Assembly (NCBI GenBank): GCA_002633005.1
Contig: NMRA01000684.1
Coordinates: 62,001 to 126,000 of the forward strand
Source: Phoronis australis
Taxonomy: Eukaryota > Animalia > Phoronida
Length of the DNA stretch: 64,000 nucleotides
Reading direction: 5' to 3'
Of the stretch, positions 54,301-64,000 are shown one piece after another (position 1 is the stretch's first letter; every line of letters begins with the position of its first letter). A model generated the notes under the pieces. The model made no database searches. It was not told where the DNA came from and saw nothing but the letters and a program-made list of their open reading frames with translations. The translations under genes and the position numbers were made by a program.

Positions 54301-57300
54301 TAGCAATTAAAATGAACAAGTAGGGGGGCTGACCAGTGAAGACAGTATCTTACGCGATTGATTAACTCTACTGCCAGTGGTATTTATGGTTGGAGGGCCA
54401 GCTCTATTCAAAAGTTGCTCCCAAGAATGTGAGATGCCATTCCCCTGGACTGTTAAAATCAAGAAATTTCCAATATCAGGATCTGACCTAGAATCACGTT
54501 TGATTAATAATTAAAACTTGACAAACAAGTCTATTGTGTTGGTACACAGTGCTGTGGCAGTAAGTAGGTCAGAGCGGTCACACAAAGGAATCAGCAATAG
54601 ATAGTTAAGCCTAATTTCTCTGAAAGTCGACCGTTTTTCTCTGTTTGAAGTTTTTTGGTGATAGTATTTCATAAAAAAACAATATTCTCCACAACATTTG
54701 TTGACTGTCATTTGGAAATAGTATTTTTTAAATATTGGTGAGCGGCAGGCGTGCTGTGTACAACATAATTGCTGGATTACATGAGCTTATCAGTTGAATG
54801 GAGACAATGAGCGAGCAGGACTATGTTAACATTGGTTTGTGAAACTGATAATGCCACAGCTGCATCCCAAGTTCCCGATCAGCGAAATCGAGACTCACCC
54901 CACAGCATGGGAGCATAACGAAATGGTATCTAGCCTGAATGGGCTGTGCTGTTAAAAATAAAAGATAAGTTATAAATCGTTTGAGCACAAATCAAGAACA
55001 ATTCTGAATTCTAGGTCAAATGCTGATCATGTTTAGATTCTGAATCACCAAAATCACCCATCGACAACTTACAGCTGAAGTTAAGAGACTCTAGTATTAT
55101 TCTTACTATCCAAACTCTTTTAACGGTTTCAGTTACTGTTGACTCTTTGAGGCCTGTTAGATAACTGGCCTGCATATTGTTATACCAAACAAAAGACTGT
55201 GCCCTCAACAGTTAACAAAGGAGCCAGATGTCATCAGATGTTCACAACCAGGGAAAGTCTGGTACAGTTATTGTCAGGGTATCGCCTCAAGTTAATGTCT
55301 GCAAAGTACAGACAGGCTGTAAGAGTGTCATGTATTCAGTCTGAAACACATGACGGACCTAGTACAGTCTGGTGAAACAGGCACCTATAGTTTTATGACA
55401 TAAGGAGATGTCATAAAGGATTACAGGGGTGGCCAAGCAGCCCAAGAGCTGGACTGATTTCAATGGGCTATTGTGTTCGCATTAGCACAATCTAACTGTC
55501 TGATGACCATCATCCCATAGTCAATTTTTACCTGAACTGGGCACCTCATGAATACATTCTCCATGTTTTGTAAACAGGAATCAACTTTTAACATAAAAAG
55601 TAATTTGTAGTTGTTCTGGACCTGTTCTAATGGTGGCATTTTGGTAATGTTAGAAGGAAGCATGTTTGCTCTTTCAGCATTAGATCCACAAAAAACTGTC
55701 CTTTACTTGCTTCTTGTATTGTTGACAGGAACGTACACTAAATTTCATTCCTGCCTTTCTCACTATGGCCCATTATTGTCAACTTCCTCAATCCATGCAC
55801 TTCGCATAGAAAGAAAACTTGATAAAGTCACCATATGATTAGCAATATTTGCTTCACAGTTAGGATGAAATTAAGCCTCCAACATCAACTACCCGATAAC
55901 TACTTAAATTTTGATACTGAGTGCATCACACCATCTTACTGACCAAAGTAGTCATTCGCTTTCAAACAACCAACGTCAGTGGGCTGGCAGTCATCTTGGC
56001 TTTGCTGAGAAACTACGGCCTCCCCCTGAATGACAGAAATCGAGCAAGATTACAAAAGTGAATGGAAAAGTCTGGAAACATTCATTTGCACGGGATTGAG
56101 CACATTTTTCTTTATTGTCGCGGACAGATCTTAATCATTCTTTACTGACAGCACATGCTGAGTAATAAAGTTCGCAAGTATTTACTCACAGAGGCGCATG
56201 GCCAAAACCTTCAAAGTTCACTGCACAACATACACTCGACTAATGGATAAGATTTGTACGTGACCGAAAAAGTTGTCCTCGTGGTTTGCAATAGCAAAAT
56301 GAAGTGTGCACGCAGCAAGACTTAACTAGACAGTGAACATGCAGCCATCAGCATTTTTGTTGGTTATCTAGCAATGCTTAGCAGAGTTGAAGACTTTTGA
56401 GAAAATCTACTTCGCACATCAAAATTATCATTTAAACGCAGCGGAATTACAAATTTTAAAGACACTCAGATACAGTGAATTTAAGTTGACTACTGCTAGG
56501 ACTATAAAATTGGAACACACTAATGCAATTCAGAAATAGAAGCCCATACCCATGAAATGTGCAAGGAACAGGTGAATAAATCATTCTTCAAAGCTGATTT
56601 TTTGAAAGAAAGTATTAAGTCAAATGTTTTTAGCTAACTGCAATCATGATTAAAGGAGAATACCACCCAATTTAATTAGTCTTTTTTACCGTCTTAATCA
56701 GTCTATATCCACATCACCTCGTATATGGTCGATCTCATCTCGCCGAGAGGTGTCGCGTTAACCTGTGAGGAAGGTGAGAAACAACTCAGCGACGTCAGTC
56801 GTTCTTCTGCAGAGTGAGTGTCGCTATGGTGTGGTGTATTGTTCCCGGCTTGTGCGAACTATGAAGCTATGAGGAAAGCAGGTATATCGTTTTTTCGATT
56901 TCCTTGAGAGCACAGAATGCTTTGGAAGTGGTTTGCCGTAGTAGAGAATGAAAAGTACGCTGTAATACCAATTAAGTATGAGGCCGTGAAACTTCTCATG
57001 CCTGTCTGTGGCTGGCATTTCGTCTCCAGCAATTTCACTGACGATCGAATGCCGGCATACCAAACAGCTCATGCCAGGGCAGAAAAAGAGACTGAGGATG
57101 AAGTCAGATGTCATGCCTAGTGTGTTTGCGTACGATAGGCAGGAGACAAACCAACATGGATAGGTTTTTGCTCAGTTTTTGATCATGGAGAATTGTAGCT
57201 GGCCATGAAAACATAAGCAATTACAATTAACCCAAGGCATGAGAACATAACGTTTTATATAGCCTGTTTGATGACTTACTCATTCGTCATGCTTCTGTTT

Positions 57301-60300
57301 GGACCTCTGGGTGTAGGATGTTTTCGCCAGTTCTTTTTCCCAGTCCCAAAAATGTCATATGCAGACTTCTGTTTAGATGCAGTGCAAAATCAGGATGGTC
57401 CGTGAGACACATCTACGCTGCTCCAAGAAGGCGTTTCACTTGCGGAATTTCGTGGCAGCAAACACAAGCGTCAGTTGTTTCCATTATCGTGCAGTTAGCA
57501 CACTGACACCATGACAGATAATTCAAACGGTTTTCGGAACTATGTTCCGTTGTCTGTGCACGTTCACGGCGCCTCTCTTGTATTTCGTGATCAGTGAATT
57601 CCAGTTCGAACTGATAGCTTGTAAACCTACCAATCAACCTGTGAAGTCTTCGTCGGATGAGCACTCGTCTAAGTCGGGATTGTGAGTTGCCACAGTTAAC
57701 GTTTATTATTGTGTGCCATTTCAAAATGAATTATTCTCACCCTAAGTAGAATATATATTAAAACAACAAGAATTGATCAACTGAATTTTTCGGATATAAT
57801 AACGTCCTTCGTCAACAGAAACAGAAAACTATACGACAATTGACATTTAAGATATGGCGAAATGAATATGATACCCTAACCAATGCTTATATAAAACTGA
57901 AACAAAGATGCAATAAACTAATTGACCGCGCAACTTCATACCGTGAATAATACGCTTACAAGGAAGTCACGCATTTCGAAAGATATGCGGGAATTTTCAC
58001 CAGACAAGCGGCTTGTACCAGGATCAAAGAGAGCGTGGCGTCGGAATCGGGTACAATTGTGATGACCGTAATGCCTGATGTGAGCAAGAACCAATTAAAT
58101 GAAATTATCCGACCATAAACTGTATTAGACATCTCTGACTGTACATAATGGCGAATTTTCAAAATGCATTAACCATTTATTTTTGTATTCAGCTGGAAAA
58201 AAACAACCAATTACTGTTTTCAATTTTTAAAAATCGAATCTAAAAACTACTACCATTAGGTACAATTGAAGATAAACTACCGCGCGTATTGATACACTCG
58301 GTGGATATTCAAACGCTGATCAGAGTTGACAATATCACATGGATTCATTTTTTAACATTCTTTCAAGCTCTAACCAGATTTTTGACCAGGAAACAGTTGT
58401 GCCCACTTTTCATTTTTTATTACTGACAAAGAGCTAGTCTAAGAATAGTTATATAGTCGGTGCCATCGAAATTGTCCAGAGATTCCAGATCCTCAGTTTG
58501 GTTATCACCATATTTGCACTTTTGTATATATTTTATGATTTGAGTTCTAATAAAGATTAAACTTTAATGACACGTGAAATGTTTAGTGTAGGCCTACCTC
58601 TAATGTGGAAAGGTCAGGGATGGGCTCACAATGAACTTAACTAGTAATTAAGTTTAGCTGGCGATCAAACTTTACCACTATCGTTCCTTTGGGAAGTGGC
58701 TCTTTGTAAAGATAAACACAAGTTAACCTTTTTAGTCATTTTGCAATATTTATAATGTACCAAGTTAAAACTACTCTCCAGAGGAAACCAACTTGGCGGT
58801 ACTAACAACAACCATTGTTGAGACACTAATGCTAGCAATTACCACTTCATTAGCTCAGATCTACTTCAATACAAAGGTCGTGCTGAATACTAGCCATGTA
58901 AAAGCTGTCTGGGGCTTAGGGAATCAAAGTGGTCACCAGTGTAAGCGAGAAATTCTTCACATGTTGGCGGTGTGAGCACATGCTAATGCAGTGTATGCTG
59001 ACAGAAAGCTGTTTTTGAAACAATATCTCGATTGTATATCCTATGGTCAGATGTTAGGGGAATCTTAATTTAGATATTCATATACATATTTATTCAAATC
59101 ATTGTTACTGTGCAACTTTTGCACTGACGGCTTTGCTGTGGAAGGGTAACCTGACTTCGCGGCCCCCGACGAGCTAGTAAGTAGATATGCAGTTTTGCGT
59201 CTAATTCACCAAAATAATCACATGCACGTTATTTCTTTGGCTCACTAGTATAGTCTTTTCGTGACGGGAAGTTTAGTTTCTAACTCTGCCTCGTTTGTGT
59301 TCGTGATGTCTTCAGGCCAGCCGTGACGGGCCTGATCGGGTTCCAAGCCACTGGTCAGGATAACAAGCGTTTTAAAATTTGTGTGTTTAGAACTGAAAAA
59401 ATCGCAAGTCTAAAATTACAACACACAGCTATGTTCTCCTGTCTGTATTTCACGGACGAATAATTCGAATTTATCACCAAACAGGGCCCAAAACTCCCGC
59501 GACCGACCTTGGTAAATTGGCCTACCGAACTTTGTAGACTACGGTACGTTCCAAAACCTAATCCGTAACAGTGAAATAAAACAACACATTTGTTCAATAA
59601 CTCGATGTATTTGTAAGGGTTTTACATCGAATTTTGTTGATTTATTGGTGTAAAATGATGAATTGAACCGATAAGCTGACACCAGTAAGTGTGTTGTGAA
59701 CTGCTGAACAGACTGCATTTGAACCTCTGACGTCATTGGTTAATTTCAACACCTCCGTCTGCCGTCATGTTCAGGTAAAAGAACCGTACTTGCTGTTATC
59801 GAGTGGAACTACTCGATCTAAATTGATACAAAATAGTTTGTTTTCTGGGTAGCATTCTCCTTTAAAAACCACACATTCCTGGAAACCATTTTGACAAATT
59901 TCAAAGAACAATCTTGCTGTGATAACTGAAGGACATCACCACAGTAAGTGACCTGGCAGTTAATATGAACCTACCTCAATGACCACATAGAACCTACTCC
60001 CAGGCTCTTCTTGGTTCACAATCACATCCCCGCAGCTAAATGTTGCCAACGTCAACGTAGACACAAGCAGTTGTCTGGCAATGTCACTCAGAGATTCTAC
60101 AACAACACAAAACCAAGCATTCCGTGTAAGGCACTGGTTTTTGTACAAGTTAATTCACAGTGTTTAAACACGAAATCGTACAACGTAAATTGAGCCTATC
60201 AATCTGGACTTGAAAAATTTCCTCACCAAAATTCAGTTGAAACTTAGATATGATCCGAGACTGAACCACCACTTCCTGAAATACCACAACACCCTCTCTG

Positions 60301-63300
60301 AGTGTCCAGTATTACCCACAATGCTATGAGTTCATTAAGGTACTTAGCCTACAACTGTACACTGCTTCTGTGTCGAAATGCAGGCAACAAAAAAGCTCAG
60401 TGACATACACTATAATGTTGCTACCTCTGCAACAGATAAAATGTTGTAAAACGAAAATCTGGAAATTGGCAGTCACTGGTGGTAAAATGGTCAGCTCAAG
60501 ATTTTCTATCATATACTATCATTTTTTTTGCACACACTTCGTGGAAATGTAGTCTGGTTCATTGGTAACAAAAATTTTCATATCAATGTTGTCGGGATTA
60601 GAGACCTAATGGTAAAGCTTCACTTATTTAGCACACAATATGGCTGAAATTCTGTTTTGTCAATTTTCTACACAAAAATAAAGATTAAGAAAATTTTAAT
60701 CTAGTAGATGGCATGAAATTTTTTTGGTAAATTTTCCAATTATGTAAATGTGTTACATGTTCATGCATGAGATAAAAAAAACTGCATAATAAAACAGACA
60801 TGTATGCACAAAAGATAAAACAAACTCGCAATCCAAAAGACAGTGGACTCAACAGTCCAGCGATGTAGCGTGCAAAAATGGCATTTACAATCATATGTGC
60901 CTAACACAAAGGTCCAAATTTGAAGAAATAATAAATACTTTCATTTACAAAAACATCAAATTCGCATTGTGCCACTGATCAAAGAAGCACAATCTAAACT
61001 AAACAACACACAAAACTCATTGAAAATAAAGATCATGACAAAATCCTTTTTTAATTAACAATGATTACTTAAGCACTGCATGTTGTTGACGCAGCTGATC
61101 AAGCCTTGGTTCACACATTCTCTTTTCGGCATCTGAAAAATAAAATTGCTTGATGAATATTGAGAAACGCAGTATTACATAAATATCGACCAGTCCTGAG
61201 GATGTTATCAAGTCTTAGGGATACAGGGACGGCAACATCACTCTCCCGAGGTTCACATGACCCAATAGGCTTTCGGGCTCCGTCTATATTATGTTTTATT
61301 ACAACATGGACTGCCAACACCACATATTTTCAATGGACGAAATCTGTGGTCTTACGCATAAGCCGTGACGTCATTATTCATTAGCGACACCTGGCAGACA
61401 TAGCACGTATTACTGCCAGCAAGTACGTCATCTGCCAATCATGGTCATTTCATCGAGATTTGGATCGGCGATTTCGCCAGATTCACTACTCCAGAAATAA
61501 CTACCAGGCCTACTCAAAAACCAATCTTGCCCTTCAACAGCAATTTACATGACATTTCATCTTAAGCTCGAACGCTGATGGAAAACCTTGAACAATGTTT
61601 CACTGCTGAAATTATTTTTTTGCACTAGACAGTAAAATAGAAGAATTTCTTGTCACAATACACTAACTGGAAGCTGAGAGTGCTATGTTTAGAGGGTGGC
61701 ACCTCCTTTAGGATATTTTGCTGAAAATGTTGGAGTTGCGAATCTGTTGTCTATAACCTATGATTACGAAATAATCCACTGCTTCTTTCCTCGGATTTTT
61801 TCGTCTCTTGAGAAAGTCAGCTTTCGTAAAGAATGACTCAACAGCCTTTGGAAGTCTTATGCATTTAGTCTTATTTTCATAATCAGTTGTTCAATCAAAC
61901 TGAAGTGGAACTTGCACGCTAATTCCTTATCTCTGTGATTGCTTACTCTAATCACTTAGAAACACAACACACAGCGACGATGTGAATTAAATGAAGTAGA
62001 AAATTGCCAAATGTCTTTCAGAAGAAGTTTTGAGGTGAAAATGATCCACCGCAAATCACTCAACCGTATCCAGTACGTATCGTGACGTGGCGTACAAGAA
62101 TAACATTGCATGATGCGGCCTATATGAGCCCCAATGGTACGTCATTGGTGCAAAGGTCACCTATTTGCAGAATTTTTTATTTTCACATTGACAAGCTGTC
62201 AATGAATACAAGAGCGCACTTTGTTTAGCGTAGATGATGTTCAAATAGCAGTGTTGTAATTAAAATCCTGTTATACATTTAGAGCATGTATTTATTATTC
62301 TTTAAATAACATACCTCCGTGTAATACCACATGCAATAATCCAGCAGATAGTGAAGAAAATCACCCTCAATGACCCACAGCTCAGTGTCAGTCAAGGTCA
62401 AAAAGGTGGGCTCACATGAGCAAGGAAGAGAGAATGGCCATTCTCGCTCGATCCCGAAACTGTCACCAGCAGTCAACACAACGGCGGGACTCGTATCAGC
62501 CTGCACCTGTAAACAAAAGCCCGTACCTTAATACATGTAATACAAAACAGTTCACACTCTGTACAAGCTGAAGAGACATCCCTTTGACTCACTTTGATTA
62601 TGCTGTAACAGAGAGTGCAATTCTTTGCAAGTGAACATTTTCTTTCATTGATAATACTTCTGAGTAACACTTTGCCTAACATTAAGCTGTGCAACGCATC
62701 AAATGGGTTACTAACTAAAATATAAACCTGGGCTTCATAGATCATAAATTGACGTTTTGTAAGGTGTCACTTTTTGCCAAAAAATTGCTTCAAGCAGGTA
62801 AAATTGCAATAATTTGAAAACACTTGTTATGATCTGTGCAATAAGAACAAGAATCATGCGAGAAAATGTAAGAAGAACCGAACTAACAAGTGTTTGACTC
62901 TCTGCCCCCCTACACCACAAACCTGAGCATGCTAGTGATTTTCAGAATCTTAAATTAATGAAATTGGTCCACTCTAACAATGTCCAACATAAAGGCCCAT
63001 GGGCATTTCATTGGATGGGCTTATCTACGGAAATATCGGTAGTCAAATAATTTTTAGTCTGTGGTAGTCGTCACCTCAACAGCTCCCTTGCCAATTATGT
63101 AGTGCTTTGACAGACAAACCACCTTGTATCCAGCTTTCTTATAGACTGGCCTCAGGTGATCAATCAGCAGGCTGAAAAATAGAATAAAATAATAAGACAT
63201 AAGCGATTTCAGCAATAACAAACAGGGCTTGGCTATCCAAAGCCAATAGGGGTAGTAAAACAATTATCATAAACCCTTTTTTAAGTTGTCTTTCCTTACA

Positions 63301-63997
63301 CAGGCCAACTGGGACAGTTGTATGACTAAGAGCAGTGTTCGCACAGAACAACTTTCAATGATCTTGCATGTCAATTGCCTTGTGAACAGCATTCATTTGG
63401 TTTCCGCCATTTTCAAAATTGTTTTGATTTTTTTTCCATCAGTCTGAAACTTGACAAGATTTTACAAGTTAGTTTAAATAAACTTTGTATTTTTTCAACC
63501 CACACACCTTTTTAATGGACAAAACTGATAAAAGGTAAACAGTCTTATAACCACCACATTTCTTCGGACATGGATTAAATTTTCAGTTATTATTTTTAAA
63601 GGATATAAGGACATGCAGCTTTGAGAATTTTACTGTAACCGGATCAAAGATCATGATTTAATTGATGTGTCAAATACAAAAAAGATTGATTTAACTTCGA
63701 ATTTTAACCACTTTATTCATCAAACACAGCAACTTTGAAGAAAAAAATTGATTCGATTTTTCTAAAAGATCATTCACCCAGACATTATCTTGGATAATTT
63801 TAATGGTAATTGTTATACCCAGGTAATAATTAAATTTTGTATTCGTATCACGTGCCAGTTTTAGAGCATGATGTTCACCACCAGTTTATTCTGAACTCTC
63901 CATTCTAAGTCTACCCTCAGTCACCTTTTCACTAGACTGGCAAGCCAAGCAAACAGTCCGCATTGTTGCCCATGGAAATCAGATGACCCTTGGAACC
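48269..63997 (-). CDS. cAMP-dependent protein kinase type I regulatory subunit-like protein (tandem CNB domains) with C-terminal extension; spliced gene span, 5' end outside window
   Basis: Eleven phase-compatible exons: 63997-63925, 63171-63075, 62506-62315, 61132-61069, 60096-59975, 56025-55944, 53664-53482, 50500-50385, 49802-49709, 49166-48898, 48328-48269. CNB-B: FSCGDVIVNQEEPGSRFYVVIEGEAVV...DYFGEVSLLYHQPRSATV. Confidence 0.8.
48898..49166 (-). CDS. C-terminal extension exon (LRAEIEVKRCLSVLVMGTALLRMYKTIVFIF...LELGLSWTQ)
   Basis: Acceptor TTCTAG, donor CAG|GTAATA; 269 nt, phase 1 to 0; long open helical frame. Confidence 0.72.
49709..49802 (-). CDS. C-terminal extension exon (NKCNSDADFQTVGNTWLTLCEILNSAGVKSL)
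   Basis: Acceptor TTTTAG, donor TG|GTAAGG; 94 nt, phase 0 to 1. Confidence 0.72.
50385..50500 (-). CDS. C-terminal extension exon (SSLYEKWQRWSLEETIILDKYCNRLELSDDVLAMAKAL), cyclin-fold-like
   Basis: Acceptor AACAG, donor CTG|GTAGGT; 116 nt, phase 1 to 0, open frame. Confidence 0.7.
50964..51103 (+). repeat. Local tandem duplication (52-nt exact core, 76-nt period)
   Basis: TATCTGCCGTAAGCACTATTTCAACCCATTTCCGTAACAAATACCTCACACA at 50976-51027 and 51052-51103. Confidence 0.95.
51724..53330. mobile_element. Helentron-associated (HINE-like) non-autonomous element with ~150-bp internal tandem repeats
   Basis: Units marked by TGCCA.TAG(G/A)GGGCA at ~51940, 52105, 52496, 52652, 52803, 52949 plus AA(A/G)TTTCAT..A.ATCC; CAAGAGTGACGCAAAGC at one end and a degenerate GGAC(A) microsatellite (~53240-53270) at the other. 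Confidence 0.5.
53482..53664 (-). CDS. PKA-RI-like exon with phosphate-binding cassette B (GEVSLLYHQPRSATV...QYKNLVPVGTKRD)
   Basis: Acceptor TTTTCAG, donor TG|GTATGT; 183 nt, phase 1 to 1; no stop where RI proteins normally end. Confidence 0.9.
55944..56025 (-). CDS. PKA-RI-like exon (GEAVVSQQSQDDCQPTDVGCLKANDYF)
   Basis: Acceptor ATTCAG, donor TG|GTCAGT; 82 nt, phase 0 to 1; aligns with RI '[27 protein letters not shown]'. Confidence 0.88.
56654..59861 (-). mobile_element. Kolobok-type DNA transposon (decayed, 3.2 kb) in an intron of the PKA-RI-like gene
   Basis: TTAA|AGGAGAATACCACCCA ... TGGGTAGCATTCTCCT|TTAA: 14/16 TIR match and TTAA target duplication; contains a Cys-rich KolX-like remnant. 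Confidence 0.8.
57270..57560 (-). pseudogene. KolX / P2X7-ballast-like zinc-coordinating Cys domain remnant
   Basis: RLNYLSWCQCANCTIMETTDACVCCHEIPQV...*MCLTDHPDF matches 'WC.C..C..M.....C.CC.E...C.T.HP.F'; in-frame stop at 57413-57415. Confidence 0.75.
59975..60096 (-). CDS. PKA-RI-like exon (SLSDIARQLLVSTLTLATFSCGDVIVNQEEPGSRFYVVIE), CNB-B start
   Basis: Acceptor TTGTAG, donor GAG|GTAGGT; 122 nt, phase 1 to 0; aligns with RI '[40 protein letters not shown]'. Confidence 0.9.
61069..61132 (-). CDS. PKA-RI-like linker exon (MPKRECVNQGLISCVNNMQCLK)
   Basis: Acceptor TTTTTCAG, donor AA|GTAATC; 64 nt, phase 0 to 1, exactly bridging the flanking exons; a similar small exon sits here in RI genes. 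Confidence 0.65.
62315..62506 (-). CDS. PKA-RI-like exon (VQADTSPAVVLTAGDSFGIERE...TELWVIEGDFLHYLL...), degenerate CNB-A barrel
   Basis: Acceptor TTTACAG, donor GAG|GTATGT; 192 nt, phase 0 to 0; 'GDSFG' and 'LWVI' match CNB strands. Confidence 0.85.
63075..63171 (-). CDS. PKA-RI-like exon (LLIDHLRPVYKKAGYKVVCLSKHYIIGKGAVE), CNB-A
   Basis: Acceptor TTTTCAG, donor GAG|GTGACG; 97 nt, phase 2 to 0. Confidence 0.75.
63925..63997 (-). CDS. PKA-RI-like exon (..GQQCGLFAWLASLVKS), start of CNB-A helical part; 5' boundary uncertain at window edge
   Basis: Donor AAG|GTGACT, phase 2 matches the next exon; resembles RI 'KNVLFSHLDDNERS'. Confidence 0.55.
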
Positions 63998-64000
63998 CTA

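Noticed and set aside
59500-59790. Possible THAP/transposase start inside the Kolobok element
   Set aside because: Only a vague 'VCSAVHN..GVSL' resemblance; conserved C2CH/W/P residues not recoverable.
60226-60292. Exon-like segment ending ...LNF-G|GTGAG
   Set aside because: Wrong position and phase; the true '...DYFG' exon is 55944-56025.

Overview
Eukaryotic, AT-rich, intron-rich DNA, most likely from a marine invertebrate deuterostome (hemichordate/echinoderm-like; inferred, not proven). There is no prokaryotic system, CRISPR array or rRNA. Two multi-exon genes lie on the minus strand, rebuilt by hand from GT-AG sites and exon phases. (1) A class C GPCR, metabotropic-glutamate-receptor-like: ATG at 37479, a 26.5-kb first intron, and eight Venus-flytrap exons running off the left edge. 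It has lost several glutamate-contacting residues. Two of its exons appear twice around a 495-N gap, probably uncollapsed haplotypes. (2) A PKA type-I regulatory-subunit-like gene entering from the right edge. Its cAMP site A is degenerate, site B is intact with a Ser at the cGMP-determinant position, and it splices on into about 180 extra residues resembling the Rb/p107 N-terminal cyclin fold. This apparent fusion is the most unusual signal in the window. Introns and intergenic DNA hold a TTAA-flanked Kolobok-type element with a P2X7-ballast/KolX-like remnant, a HINE-like element, several MITEs/foldbacks, LINE remnants and simple repeats. Reference protein comparisons are from memory and need database confirmation.
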